Source: an uncultured Acidobacteriota bacterium (GTDB lineage: Bacteria > Acidobacteriota > UBA6911). From it: a stretch of 64,000 nt of DNA. Shown here piece after piece: positions 21,377 through 31,635 of this stretch. Both the position numbers and the translations under genes were made by a program. A model generated the notes under the pieces. The model was given only the letters and a program-made list of their open reading frames with translations. It was not told the origin of the DNA and did no database searches. The number at the start of each line of letters is the position of its first letter. Position 1 is the first letter of the stretch. The DNA lies in NCBI GenBank assembly GCA_963843575.1, contig CAWJKZ010000010.1:384001-448000 (forward strand), in the 5' to 3' direction.

Positions 21377-23275
21377 TTATCCGCCCGCACAGAGCTCGCT
21401 GTCATTCCCTTCGTAGCAGCCAAAGAGATACGTCTCCGGGCGCGACATCCCCTGCATCAAGATCCACTCGCCCGAACAGACGAACCCGGGCCTCGCTGAA
21501 AGCTGGGCAACCAGTTCCGCCGATTCCTTCATCGCCTCGCGCATCGCCTCGACATGCGCCGGGTTCGTCTGGTCAAAGTAATAGTCGTACTCCATCAGCC
21601 CACGGGTCCCTTCCTCCAGCGGCACCAGGTAGCCGAACCCGTGTCTGAGGCCGTGTCGTTCGCCGACCTCGCCGAGCCTGTCGCATGCCTGGATGATCGA
21701 GCGCGGATCCTCGAGCGCATAGTAGAGCACCCGCGAGATAAACTGCTCTCCCCTCCCCATCCGGGCGGGCAGGATGCGAAAGCTGTTCAACCATAGCGGG
21801 TCCGACCGTTCGGGGTTGCGGCGCAAAGCAGTGAAGAAGTCCCGCATGTCCTCGTGCACATCCTCGTCCACTATGGAAGCGCTCGAGCGCAGGGATATCT
21901 CCAGCAGGGGCCGCATGTCGGGCGCAAAGATCTCACGGTAGTCACCCTGCGCCCCCTCCTCGCCCATGATCAGCTGGAACCCCGGCTCTCGGTGCAGCAT
22001 CGATAGGCCCCGGAGCATGAGCGAGGCAAGTTCTGCGTCGAGCACTGGGGACGCGAAGTTCCCGATCGAGGCGAGTGATCCGCGGTCCCCGAGCACCACC
22101 ACAAAGGCCTGAATGCCGAGACACCTTACGAGGGTGTCCGCGACCTGCGTTACGGTCTGGGAGCTCGAGGCGGCGAAGATGGAAAGATAAAGGCTGCCGA
22201 TCACCCCCAGGCCGACGCCGATCCTTCGCCGAGCGATGTTACGCGCCAGCGAAATGGCCTCTTCGATGCTGCCGCACGGCACGAGCGCGCTGCTCTCGTC
22301 CGGACCGATGGCGTGCAGCCGAAGCTGCAGCCCCGTGCAGATCCCGAGCGGTCTTACCTGCCGTCCTTTTCGGAAGAAGAACGGGTTCGGCGACCCATCT
22401 CCGCTTAAGCGGTAGATCTCGCCCGCAGGGCTGACGAATTCGGCGTCAATGTAATGGTTGGCTCCGATCCCATACCCGTAGGAGAAGAAAGAATGCATGT
22501 TCGTATGAATCACATTGGCGCACACCGATGCCGCGGGTTCGGCTACGTTGGCCCTCATTCCGTGATGCGACGCGGCCTTCTGCAGATCAAACGCCGAGAC
22601 GCCGGGCCCCACCCAGACACACCACCTTGCATCATCGATGCGGATTGCGTCCATGCGGCCGAGGTCGATTACGAGCCCGGGCGTCAGGGCGCCAGCAAGG
22701 CTCGTCGCCGCACCGCGGGCCAGGTACGGCAATCCACGGCGAGTGCACAGCTTCACGAGCTCCGCCACCTCGTGCGAGGACGACGGAAGGGCAACGTACT
22801 GGGGGCGGATTTCGTCGCAAAGCGGAGACCTCGCCCGCGCATAGCTCGCCGTGATTGCCGGATCCGAACTGCACCACTTCGGGCCGACAATAGCCGCGAT
22901 CTCGTCAATCACGGGATCCCGGATCGGTTCCACCGCGCTGTGCCGGACCGACGCGACATGAGACGCGAACGCGTCGAATATTCTGGATGTCCGGAGGCCG
23001 GCGACGAAATAGCACTGTTTGTCGCAGATACCGCACTTCCGGCACGACAGCGCGACCTCAACAAGCATCGGCGTCAACGGGACGAGCCCCCGTCGGTAGG
23101 CGCTGATCACCTGCATTCTTCCCTGTGGATAGAACGCCGCGAAACGTCGCTGCAATGCTACAGGACAGGTGCCGGTGTCCAGGAAATCGATACGGCACAT
23201 CCCGTAGCCGGAACAGCGGTCCGCTTCGGCGGTGTCCTCCAGGAATCGCGAACTTTTTTGGATTTCAGCATCCAT
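21377..23275 (-). CDS. Fe-S dicluster + FAD-binding (FAD_binding_4/VAO-type) oxidoreductase
   Basis: N-terminal CSGYGMC...CP and CRKCGICDKQC; then P.YVALPSS..EV...RGAATSL...VIDLGRMD..VGPGV; ATG at 23275. Confidence 0.75.
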   Translation of the reverse strand: MDAEIQKSSRFLEDTAEADRCSGYGMCRIDFLDTGTCPVALQRRFAAFYPQGRMQVISAYRRGLVPLTPMLVEVALSCRKCGICDKQCYFVAGLRTSRIFDAFASHVASVRHSAVEPIRDPVIDEIAAIVGPKWCSSDPAITASYARARSPLCDEIRPQYVALPSSSHEVAELVKLCTRRGLPYLARGAATSLAGALTPGLVIDLGRMDAIRIDDARWCVWVGPGVSAFDLQKAASHHGMRANVAEPAASVCANVIHTNMHSFFSYGYGIGANHYIDAEFVSPAGEIYRLSGDGSPNPFFFRKGRQVRPLGICTGLQLRLHAIGPDESSALVPCGSIEEAISLARNIARRRIGVGLGVIGSLYLSIFAASSSQTVTQVADTLVRCLGIQAFVVVLGDRGSLASIGNFASPVLDAELASLMLRGLSMLHREPGFQLIMGEEGAQGDYREIFAPDMRPLLEISLRSSASIVDEDVHEDMRDFFTALRRNPERSDPLWLNSFRILPARMGRGEQFISRVLYYALEDPRSIIQACDRLGEVGERHGLRHGFGYLVPLEEGTRGLMEYDYYFDQTNPAHVEAMREAMKESAELVAQLSARPGFVCSGEWILMQGMSRPETYLFGCYEGNDSELCAGG

Positions 23276-23291
23276 CGACGATCTCCGCACC

Positions 23292-23654
23292 TCACCGGGG
23301 CCCTTGCCGCTGTTTCGATAATTCCTGCACGGACGCCGACAGAACGGAAGCAAATCGCAGGATATCTACGATATTCCCGGAGGTATGGATCAGGCCGCTC
23401 AACTTACCCGCAAGAGGCGTGATCTGACGGCGGGCGAGAAGATCCAACGTTTCCTCGCTCAGCCGGAACGAGATGTCAGGCGGGAGGGCACACGAATCGC
23501 ACACGACAGCATTCCCGTCAGCCACCTGCACGGAGAAAACGGACTCGCCGACGGTCAGGCCGACGTTCCTGTTCCACCCTCGAAGCATGCGCCCGACCTG
23601 CGCACTTGCCTTGCCTGCGTCGATAATGGCCTGAATCTGCTCCAGTGCGCCCAT
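23292..23654 (-). CDS. SCP2 sterol/lipid-binding domain protein
   Basis: PDISFRLSEETL...ITPLAGKLSGLIHTSGN pattern typical of SCP2. Confidence 0.7.
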   Translation of the reverse strand: MGALEQIQAIIDAGKASAQVGRMLRGWNRNVGLTVGESVFSVQVADGNAVVCDSCALPPDISFRLSEETLDLLARRQITPLAGKLSGLIHTSGNIVDILRFASVLSASVQELSKQRQGPR

Positions 23655-23681
23655 GAACTCTCCCTTGGCCGCGGGTTTTAT

Positions 23682-25140
23682 TCAATGGCTCGAGAGCCTT
23701 TCTGGGGGAAGGTAACGAGACAGATCCGTCTGTTCCATCCAGGCAGTCTCCGACCGGATCAGGCGGTGGGCATGTCCTTGCTTCCTGGTTGCGTCGATGC
23801 CCATCTTCACGGAGAAATCCCCGACCCGGGCGGCGTCGGTCAATTCGCCCGTGGCCTCGAGAACCATCACATCTCGGAGCGCAACAACCCTCGTGTCGGT
23901 CGCCCACTGCACATCGAACGGGTCGTAGACGTCGATGTCGTCGTCCACCACCACCACCCTTTTTAACCTGGCGGAGAAGGCAAACAACGCCCGCAGGATG
24001 TCGTAAGGCTCGCTCGCACTCTGCTTGTAGATAGACACGGCCAGCCCGGTCCCGGGCACCCCGGGGCAGCATGAATAGATCCTTGATGTTGGGAGATATC
24101 GATCCCAGGAACGCGCGTGTTTTCGCGAGCTCCGTCATCCCAAGGGGCATGATGAGCGACATCATTTCGAAAGAGGTGCAGACCAGGCTGTGGAACATAG
24201 GGTCCTCCCGAGTCCGCACAGCCTTGATTTCGACCGGGAAGCTTTCGGTGGCTTGGCTGGCCACGAGGTCGTACTCGGTAAACGGGCCTTCCCGTACCCG
24301 CTCCTCGGGGTGGAGCACTCCCTCGAGCAGGTACTCGGCGTCTGCAGGCACGGGGAGGTCAACGGTCTCAGCCTGCGCGAGCCTGAACGGCGATTGCGTG
24401 AGCCCGCCGGCGACGCAATACTCGCTCTGGCCGAACGGTACGCTCATGGTGGCGGCCCACAGCATCTCGGGTGCGACACCTACCGCGATGGCAATGGGCA
24501 GGGATCTGCCTTTCCGGGCCGCACGGTGAATTATGGCTAGCAGGTCGCGTTTGGCGTTCACCATCATCACCATCCGCTGCCGGTCCAAGACCTGAATGCG
24601 GTAGATCCCGGCGTTTACATAGTTGTTTTCGGGATCGCGGGCCACGGTCACAGCCGCGGTTAGGTAAGGTCCCGCATCCTCCCGGAAGTACCATGGGGCC
24701 GGGACCTGGCGCGTCAGGTCCACGTCGCAACCCATATGCGAGACGGGCCACGCGCCCTCGCAATGGACGGGATCGACAGGGTGAGCCAGGGCGTGCAGGA
24801 CGGATTTTTCCACGTCCCGGTATATCGACAGGTACATTTCGTTGGAAGACCACAGCGGATAGACGATACCAGGCTTGCGCAGCCCGGAGTAAAAGCTCAG
24901 GAATTCCGGCTGCAGGGGAACCGTTGGGAGTATCCCCGTCCGGAGCGGGGTCAGGAAAATGTTCCCCACGATGCGCCCGGGATACCCGCGCAGCCTTTCG
25001 AAAAGGACGCTCTGCAGGTGTTTCTTCTCGATCTGCCACTGGAGGGCCGCGAGTTCATGACGGGTATCGACGCACGTGTCTACCCGCACCAGATGGCCGA
25101 AATCGTCCAGTTCCTGAATGTACTCTCTCAGTTCCGGCAC
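23682..25140 (-). CDS. UbiD-family (prFMN-dependent) decarboxylase with a one-base frameshift near 24065
   Basis: EDAGPYLT, NAGIYRIQ and EGPFTEY; the C-terminal VVVDDDIDVYD..VQWA and KMGIDAT lie in a second frame. Confidence 0.88.
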
Positions 25141-25160
25141 CGGGCCCCCGATTGATCGCC

Positions 25161-25424
25161 CTACGCTTCAGCCGAGCGCTGCTGGTTGATCCTCCCGAAC
25201 ACGTAGTCGGCGATGTCCTTGACTGTCCTGGCAGCCTTCTCGAGGTCCTGCGGGATCTCGATATCGAAGTTCTCTTCGATTTGCCACACGATTTCGACAG
25301 CCGACAGTGAGGTGGCGTCCAGGTCCTCACGAAGCCGCGAGTCCGGTTTGATCTCGGCGGGGTCAGTCTCAAGGTTCTCCGCGATGATCTCGATGATTTT
25401 GCGTTGAACGTCATCGTATGTCAT
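25161..25424 (-). CDS. Acyl carrier protein with atypical attachment motif
   Basis: EDLDATSLSAVEIVWQIEENFDIEIP; start overlaps the fabF stop (ATGA). Confidence 0.88.
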   Translation of the reverse strand: MTYDDVQRKIIEIIAENLETDPAEIKPDSRLREDLDATSLSAVEIVWQIEENFDIEIPQDLEKAARTVKDIADYVFGRINQQRSAEA

Positions 25425-26677
25425 GACACCTCCACTCTCTTCAACACGAGGCAAGCGTTACAGCTGCCGAACCCGAAGGAATTTGAAAGGGCCGCCCCCA
25501 CCGGTGTGCGCCGCGCCGCATTCGGCACATAATCGAGATCGCAATCCGGGTCTCTGCATTCGTAGTTGATTGTGGGGGGGATGATTCCCCGGTCCAGAAC
25601 CAGCGCGGTGACAAGCGCCTCGATGGCTCCCGCGGCCCCGATCGTGTGCCCGATCATCGACTTAGTGGACGAAATCGGCACCTGGTACGCCCGGTCGCCG
25701 AAGACCTCCTTGATCGCCAGCGTTTCTGCCGCGTCGTTCAGAGTCGTTGAGGTCCCGTGCGCGTTGATGTAACCGACGTCCTCCAGCACAAGCCCGGCAT
25801 CGCGGATGGCTCCGCGGATGACGCGTGCCGCATCCTTGCCGTCGGGCTGCGGCATGACGATGTGATAGGCGCCACAGCCCGCCGAGTATCCGGCGACTTC
25901 AGCGTAAATTCGGCGATTCCTACGGACGGCCCGTTCCAGTTCCTCGAGGACTAGCATGGCCCCGCCCTCAGACATCACGAAGCCATCGCGATCCTTGTCG
26001 AACGGGCGGGAAGCCTCTTGGGGCGTGTCGTTCCGTTTCTTCGACAGCGCGCCCAACGCCGCATAGGACCCATAGGTGAATCGCGTCAGGGGAGCCTCGA
26101 CGCCACCGCAGAGGCACACATCGATTTCCCCGGTGCGGATTTTTCCCAACGCCTCGCCTATAGCGATGGCGCCGGAAGTGCACGCGGCGGAGATGACGAG
26201 ATTGGGCCCCCACAGACCAAACTGGATTGCGATGTGGCCGGCAACGGCGTTGGGTGATACTCTGGGCACCGAGAGGGGGTTGATCCTATGCACTCCCTTG
26301 TCGTAGGCGGCCATCATCTGTTCCTCGTGGAAGGCGATGCCTCCCAGTCCGGAACCGACGACTACTCCGATCCTGGCGGAATCCTCCCGGTTCAGATCCA
26401 GCCCGCTGTCCTCGAGCGCCATCCGTGCCGCGGCGACCCCGTAGTGGACGAAACGGTCCGTTCTTTTTGCAGTGGCGGACGGCATGTACACGGACGGGTT
26501 GAAATCCTTGATTTCACCTGCAATCCGGGATTCGAAATCGGAGGAGTCGAATCGGGTAATTTGGCCAATACCGGACCGGCCTTCGACATTCGCCTGCCAG
26601 AAGGCCTCGAGACCAACTCCATTTGGTGCAACTACTCCCACGCCAGTGACCACTGCACGGTTCGTAGCCATTTGCAC
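25421..26677 (-). CDS. fabF: Beta-ketoacyl-ACP synthase II
   Basis: Catalytic AACTSG, NAHGTST and KSMIGH; SNSFGFG. Confidence 0.92.
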   Translation of the reverse strand: MQMATNRAVVTGVGVVAPNGVGLEAFWQANVEGRSGIGQITRFDSSDFESRIAGEIKDFNPSVYMPSATAKRTDRFVHYGVAAARMALEDSGLDLNREDSARIGVVVGSGLGGIAFHEEQMMAAYDKGVHRINPLSVPRVSPNAVAGHIAIQFGLWGPNLVISAACTSGAIAIGEALGKIRTGEIDVCLCGGVEAPLTRFTYGSYAALGALSKKRNDTPQEASRPFDKDRDGFVMSEGGAMLVLEELERAVRRNRRIYAEVAGYSAGCGAYHIVMPQPDGKDAARVIRGAIRDAGLVLEDVGYINAHGTSTTLNDAAETLAIKEVFGDRAYQVPISSTKSMIGHTIGAAGAIEALVTALVLDRGIIPPTINYECRDPDCDLDYVPNAARRTPVGAALSNSFGFGSCNACLVLKRVEVS

Positions 26678-26845
26678 CGTTCGAAGTCGTTAGAAGATGG
26701 ACATATCTTATGTCCGGTGCGGGACGAGAGGCAACTATAAAAGGACTCGGAGCGCTCATCACTTCACCGAGTTCATCGAGGACAGAGGAACACAACTCGG
26801 TGGCACCAGTGTAATCTGTAGCATCGGAATCGGTGTCGCTTAGGA

Positions 26846-26918
26846 CCTTCGCGGTCTCGGCGGTCTTTCCGGTTCAGCCTTGAAATGAAACCGGGAGGAC
26901 GACGAAGACCGCGAAAGC
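26846..26918. repeat. Imperfect inverted repeat of about 70 bp upstream of fabF
   Basis: ttcgcggtct...tccggttca pairs with tgaaaccggga...agaccgcgaa. Confidence 0.55.
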
Positions 26919-27585
26919 TCCCTGAACCGCAAATGTCAGCTTGAGCCGTCGAGGCCCTGCGTTACGCGCTGGGGCACAGGGCAGCAAACCCCACTGCGCA
27001 CCTGGCCCTGGCGCTCACCATGTCGAGCAAAAGGATCGCCGGCGATCTCGACCGCATCGTCGAGGCCGCCGCGCAGTCCATCGATCGGCGGCTGACATAC
27101 GAACAGGCGCTGCGCGATCACTTCGCGCGGCTTCGCGTACACTCCCAGGGATTCATGTTCTCGCTCGACGGCATCCAAGCGGAGTACCGGCAAAAATGAG
27201 ACATCACCCTGTGGGGCCGCCGTGTGCCTAAGGGAGAACCACATGCGATACGAGGAGTTTCGCAATCAGCTCCAGGATGCTCTCGTTCAGGTGCGTCTGC
27301 TTGACCGGCGCCCCTGGGACATTTTCCCATCCCCTATCGTCCGGGATTTCATGCATCAAAACCCAGACGTGTGCATGTTATTTCATGACGCTGCCCAAGC
27401 TGGAGGCCGAAGATCCGGAATCCTTGAGCCTGATGCTCTCAATCCCGGGGGAGAATTTTCTTAGCAGCAGCATAGTTCCATGATTTACTGGTTTACTGGA
27501 GAGTTGGGTGTTGAAATCTCCAACTTCTCCAGCTACATTCCGTGCCACATCCGATGCTCAACCGCATCTTGGAAAGGGGACGCCA

Positions 27586-29082
27586 TTGAGTACAAAACTG
27601 AGCCGCAGAAGGTTTATTGGTGCATCCGGAGCTGGTATAGCCGGAGCCGGTCTGGCTAGTTCCAACATTCTGGCCGGGCGCGCTGAGATTGGAGAACAAT
27701 CGCCTCCAGATCGCATAAGACAGGAGTCTGGCAAACAGCACACACAGAAATTCAACATGTCTGGTTATCGTGCTCCCAAGATCGACCTGGTGCGTGTCGG
27801 CTTTATCGGCCTTGGAAGCCGGGGACCAGGTCATGCCAGAAACATGAGCCTTCTGGAGGGGGTTGGAGTCAAGGCGTTATGCGACATCGTTCCGGAGGAG
27901 GCAGAAAAAGCAAGGAAAGGGATTGAATTTGCAGGTTTTAATCCGACCCTGTACACGGGCGATTCCGAGGCGTGGAAGAAGCTATGCGACCGGGATGATA
28001 TCGACCTTGTCTACATCTGTACTCCCTGGAACTTACATGCGCAGATGGCGGTTTATGCAATGGAACACGGCAAGCATGTTGCCATTGAAGTTCCTGCAGC
28101 CGATACCCTCGAAGAGTGCTGGCAGCTTGTCGAAACATCCGAGAAGACCAGGAAGCATTGCATGATGATGGAAAACTGCTGCTACGACTTCTTCGAGCTC
28201 CTGACTCTGAATATGGCGCGGCAGGGGTTCTTTGGCGATATCGTGCACGGGGAAGGCGCCTATATACACACTCTGTTAGAGGGTAATTTTAGCAGGAATG
28301 GATATTGGAATATGTGGCGCCTCAGAGAAAATGCAGACAGGCGCGGCAATTTATATCCGACACACGGCCTGGGTCCAATATGCCAAATAATGGACATTAA
28401 CAGGGGCGACAAGATGGATTACCTCGTATCCGTCATGGGCAGCGATTTCTTGATGAACGAGACGGCCAAGAAACTGTCAGCGACAGACAATTTCTTCAAG
28501 GAATTCGTTAATCGGCCATATAGAGGCAATATGACCACGACTTCGATCCGTACCAGCAAAGGACGGACGATACTGCTGCAGCATGACGTAACATCACCAA
28601 ATGTTTATTCCAGGATCCACAAGGTCAGCGGCACCAAAGCTTCGGCGCTGAAATATCCTCTTCCCCCTAAGATCGCCATCGGTCATCGTGAATGGGTTTC
28701 GGATGAGGAGTTCAAGTCGCTTGAAGAAAAGTACGCCCCTCCCATTGTGAAGAGAGTAGGTGAAATGGCCAAGCAGGTTGGCGGTCATGGCGGCATGGAC
28801 TTTCTTGAAGACTGGCGCCTGATTGATTGCCTTCGCAATGGATTGCCTCTCGACCAGGACGTCTATGATGCGGCGCTTTGGACCGCTATCGCACCATTAA
28901 GTGAATGGTCGGTTGCTAACCGCTCAAATTCGATTGACGTGCCTGATTTCACAGGCGGATCATGGAAAACCAACAAACCGGTGGACGTATTCTTGGAAGA
29001 GGGCGGGAATACAAAGGTGATCAGAGCGGCGCCACCCAGAGCGCGCAGAGTACAACCCGCGGTCGAAGGAGTAGAAAACTAA
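27586..29082 (+). CDS. Tat-exported Gfo/Idh/MocA oxidoreductase, GH109 (alpha-N-acetylgalactosaminidase-like)
   Basis: SRRRF, GFIGLGSRG, MMMENCCY, LYPTHGLGP and GGHGGMDF; TTG start after an AG-rich RBS. Confidence 0.9.
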   Translation: MSTKLSRRRFIGASGAGIAGAGLASSNILAGRAEIGEQSPPDRIRQESGKQHTQKFNMSGYRAPKIDLVRVGFIGLGSRGPGHARNMSLLEGVGVKALCDIVPEEAEKARKGIEFAGFNPTLYTGDSEAWKKLCDRDDIDLVYICTPWNLHAQMAVYAMEHGKHVAIEVPAADTLEECWQLVETSEKTRKHCMMMENCCYDFFELLTLNMARQGFFGDIVHGEGAYIHTLLEGNFSRNGYWNMWRLRENADRRGNLYPTHGLGPICQIMDINRGDKMDYLVSVMGSDFLMNETAKKLSATDNFFKEFVNRPYRGNMTTTSIRTSKGRTILLQHDVTSPNVYSRIHKVSGTKASALKYPLPPKIAIGHREWVSDEEFKSLEEKYAPPIVKRVGEMAKQVGGHGGMDFLEDWRLIDCLRNGLPLDQDVYDAALWTAIAPLSEWSVANRSNSIDVPDFTGGSWKTNKPVDVFLEEGGNTKVIRAAPPRARRVQPAVEGVEN

Positions 29083-29157
29083 CGCCAGTTTCGGGTTTGG
29101 CGCATGGATACCGGGTATCCTGCGGCCGTATGTGAAAGACAGCACTACCGGGGGTGC

Positions 29158-29190
29158 AAAAAGGCGAGCCTCCCTGGGCGGCCCGCCGTT
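29158..29190 (-). terminator. Probable intrinsic terminator downstream of the kdp locus
   Basis: Minus strand ggcgggcc-loop-ggctcgcc followed by TTTTT. Confidence 0.45.
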
Positions 29191-29333
29191 ATTTCACCTT
29201 GCGACGGTTCCCCGGCGGCCGGCTCCCGTCACAACTCAATACCGATGCGGTGACAGAGCGGGTGAGACGTGTGCTGCGGATTTCCCAAACATGACCGGTT
29301 AACGTCGATGTCATCGATCCCGGCTGTGCGGCA

Positions 29334-30467
29334 TCAACAGGGTCTCGAGCGACGCTCGGCGACTGCCGTGATCCGCATGTCCCTGCCGAGGCGGATCACA
29401 TCAAATACGAGGGGTGTGCTGAACAGTTCCGTCCAGCGCCGTCGGTCGCCGCGCCCGAGAAAGATCTGCGTAATCTGATGACGTCTCGAAAAAGCGACCA
29501 GCGTTTCAGCAACGTTGCCGCCCTGAATCACCCGTGTCTCGATGTGCAGATTTCGCGCAAAATTCAAGTGCCGCTCGAGCGCCCCTCGCTCGGCAATAGG
29601 CAGGCGCGTCAGATCGGGGTACGGACAAACATACACGGCGAAGCATTCTGCTCGGATATAGTCCGCCACTCGCTTTGCCCGGCGGATCAGCATCGCACTC
29701 GCGGCATCCGACGTCACATGGACGAGCACCTTTTCCCTGGCCGTCATGTGACACTCCTCGGAACCCGGCGGGGAAAGGCGTTGCGTGGACGCAGACTCGA
29801 CGGAGTCTTCCTGCTGTATCTGAACCTGGTGCGCCGTCTGCCTCAACGCCAGTTCCCTGAGTGCCCCCAGAGTTGACTCCCTGAAAAAGTTCTCGAGAGC
29901 CCTCTCTGCCTTCTCAGGTGGATACACGGCGCCGCGTCGAAGCCTGTTCATGAGCGCTTCAACCGTGAGGTCGACCATGACCACCTCGTCCGCCTGGGCC
30001 ACGACCCAGTCAGGCACGGTCTCGCGAACCCGTATCCCGGTCATGTGCAACACCTGGTCGTTCAGGCTCTCCAGGTGTTGCACGTTCAGCGTGGTAAGGA
30101 CGTCGATACCCGCCTCGAGCAGCATGAGAACGTCCTCCCAGCGCTTGGCGCGCTCCGACCCGGGTACATTGGTGTGGGCAAGTTCGTCGACCAGGCAAAC
30201 GGCAGGGTGACGGGCCAAGATCGCGGCTGTGTCCATCTCTTCGAAAGCATGTCCTCTGTAGGGAATCGTGCGGCGCGCCACTGCTTCGAGTGTCTCGGCC
30301 TTCGCGATGGTGTCCTGGCGCCCGTGTGGCTCAAAGTAGCCGATGGCGACGTCCACCCCCGATCGCTTGAGGTCCTGCCCTTCCTCGAGCATGCGGAACG
30401 TCTTGCCGACGCCAGCCGCAAAGCCCAGGAAGATCTTCAGCCGGCCTGGCACTGCAACCTTTCCCAT
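29334..30467 (-). CDS. kdpD: KdpD N-terminal sensor domain + Usp domain, no kinase (copy 2)
   Basis: GRLKIFLGFAAGVGKT, LVDELAHTN, TTLNVQHLESLND and LRELAL. Confidence 0.88.
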   Translation of the reverse strand: MGKVAVPGRLKIFLGFAAGVGKTFRMLEEGQDLKRSGVDVAIGYFEPHGRQDTIAKAETLEAVARRTIPYRGHAFEEMDTAAILARHPAVCLVDELAHTNVPGSERAKRWEDVLMLLEAGIDVLTTLNVQHLESLNDQVLHMTGIRVRETVPDWVVAQADEVVMVDLTVEALMNRLRRGAVYPPEKAERALENFFRESTLGALRELALRQTAHQVQIQQEDSVESASTQRLSPPGSEECHMTAREKVLVHVTSDAASAMLIRRAKRVADYIRAECFAVYVCPYPDLTRLPIAERGALERHLNFARNLHIETRVIQGGNVAETLVAFSRRHQITQIFLGRGDRRRWTELFSTPLVFDVIRLGRDMRITAVAERRSRPC

Positions 30468-30479
30468 GACGGCAGCCTT

Positions 30480-31577
30480 TCAGTGCGGGAAAACGGTGAC
30501 GTCGATCCCTTCAGCTTGCCGGATCAATCGGTTGATGATGCTGCCCCAGAGACGCCGCCATCCTCCCTGGCGCAGAGTGTGCCCGACATAGATCTGGGTT
30601 ATCGCCTTCCGCCGCGCATATTTGAGGATTGCATCCACAACATCGAGACCTTCAAGCATTACGACTTCTGCGCCGACAGTGCGGGCACACGACAAATTGC
30701 CCTCGAGAGTCGCCTGATCCCCCGCGGACAGCATGGGCTGCCTCACGTAGGTCACGTAGAGCTCGCCGTGAAAGCGGTCCGCATTGCGCCTGCCGCTGGC
30801 AATCATGGTCGAAGCGTTGGATTTTGGCGTAACGCAAAGCAGTACGCGCTCGTTGGCGCCCCAGCTTTGTTCTATCCCGTGGGCCTCCAGATAGGCTTCG
30901 AGTTGCCTGTCGACCACGTCCGCCGCGACCACCAGGGCCATTTCCCGCAGCCGTGACAGTTTCTGTTCCTCGTCCTCGAGGTCGGGACGACTGACTCTTG
31001 CGGATCGGGCTACACTCTCCGGCGTCGGGGCATCAACGACGACAATCTCGTCTGAGACGTCGAGAAAGGCCCTCGGAATACTGTGGGCCGCACGTTTACC
31101 GGTGATGCGCCCCAGTTCGTCCCTGAATTCCTCGATATACTGCAGATTCATCGACGTGATGACGGAGATGCCCTTCTGGAGCAACTCCTCCACATCCATC
31201 CATCGGTTCGGGTTACGGCTTCCCGGAGGATTATTGAACGCAAGGCCGTCAATGACGACGACGCGTGGCCGCCGCTGCAGAATCGCCTCGACGTCAAGCA
31301 CCTGCTCCCCTGAGATTCTGAGCGGAGCTATGACTTCGGCTGAGGCGACAAGTCTTTCGACTTCAGCGGAGTATTTGGGTTGCAGCAGCCCCAGGACGAC
31401 ATCCTCGCCTCGTTCGCGCCGCCGCCGTGCTTCATCCAGCATCTGGTACGACTTGCCCACGCCGGAGGCGTACCCTAGAAAGACCTTGAGCTTTCCCCGC
31501 TGTCCCATTCGCTCCTGCAGCTCAACCTGCCGCAGCAGTTTTTCGGGATCCGGTCTCTCGCCAGGGGAATCGTGCAT
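30480..31577 (-). CDS. kdpD: KdpD N-terminal sensor domain + Usp domain, no kinase (copy 1, more divergent)
   Basis: GKLKVFLGYASGVGKS, VIDGLAFNN, TSMNLQYIE and LREMAL. Confidence 0.85.
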   Translation of the reverse strand: MHDSPGERPDPEKLLRQVELQERMGQRGKLKVFLGYASGVGKSYQMLDEARRRRERGEDVVLGLLQPKYSAEVERLVASAEVIAPLRISGEQVLDVEAILQRRPRVVVIDGLAFNNPPGSRNPNRWMDVEELLQKGISVITSMNLQYIEEFRDELGRITGKRAAHSIPRAFLDVSDEIVVVDAPTPESVARSARVSRPDLEDEEQKLSRLREMALVVAADVVDRQLEAYLEAHGIEQSWGANERVLLCVTPKSNASTMIASGRRNADRFHGELYVTYVRQPMLSAGDQATLEGNLSCARTVGAEVVMLEGLDVVDAILKYARRKAITQIYVGHTLRQGGWRRLWGSIINRLIRQAEGIDVTVFPH

Positions 31578-31635
31578 CGTGGCTCACCAAGTCTTGCGAT
31601 AAGCGGCTTAGGGTCTGTCACAGGATAACAGGCCC

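Noticed and set aside
24040-24080. Programmed frameshifting in UbiD (also tdh and GH2)
   Set aside because: No canonical slippery heptamer recognised; indels fall in short C/G runs and are scattered over unrelated genes, consistent with sequencing error
29120-29330. Possible c-di-GMP or c-di-AMP riboswitch near the kdp locus
   Set aside because: Conserved core motifs not recognisable; it lies downstream of both flanking operons and is better explained as a terminator
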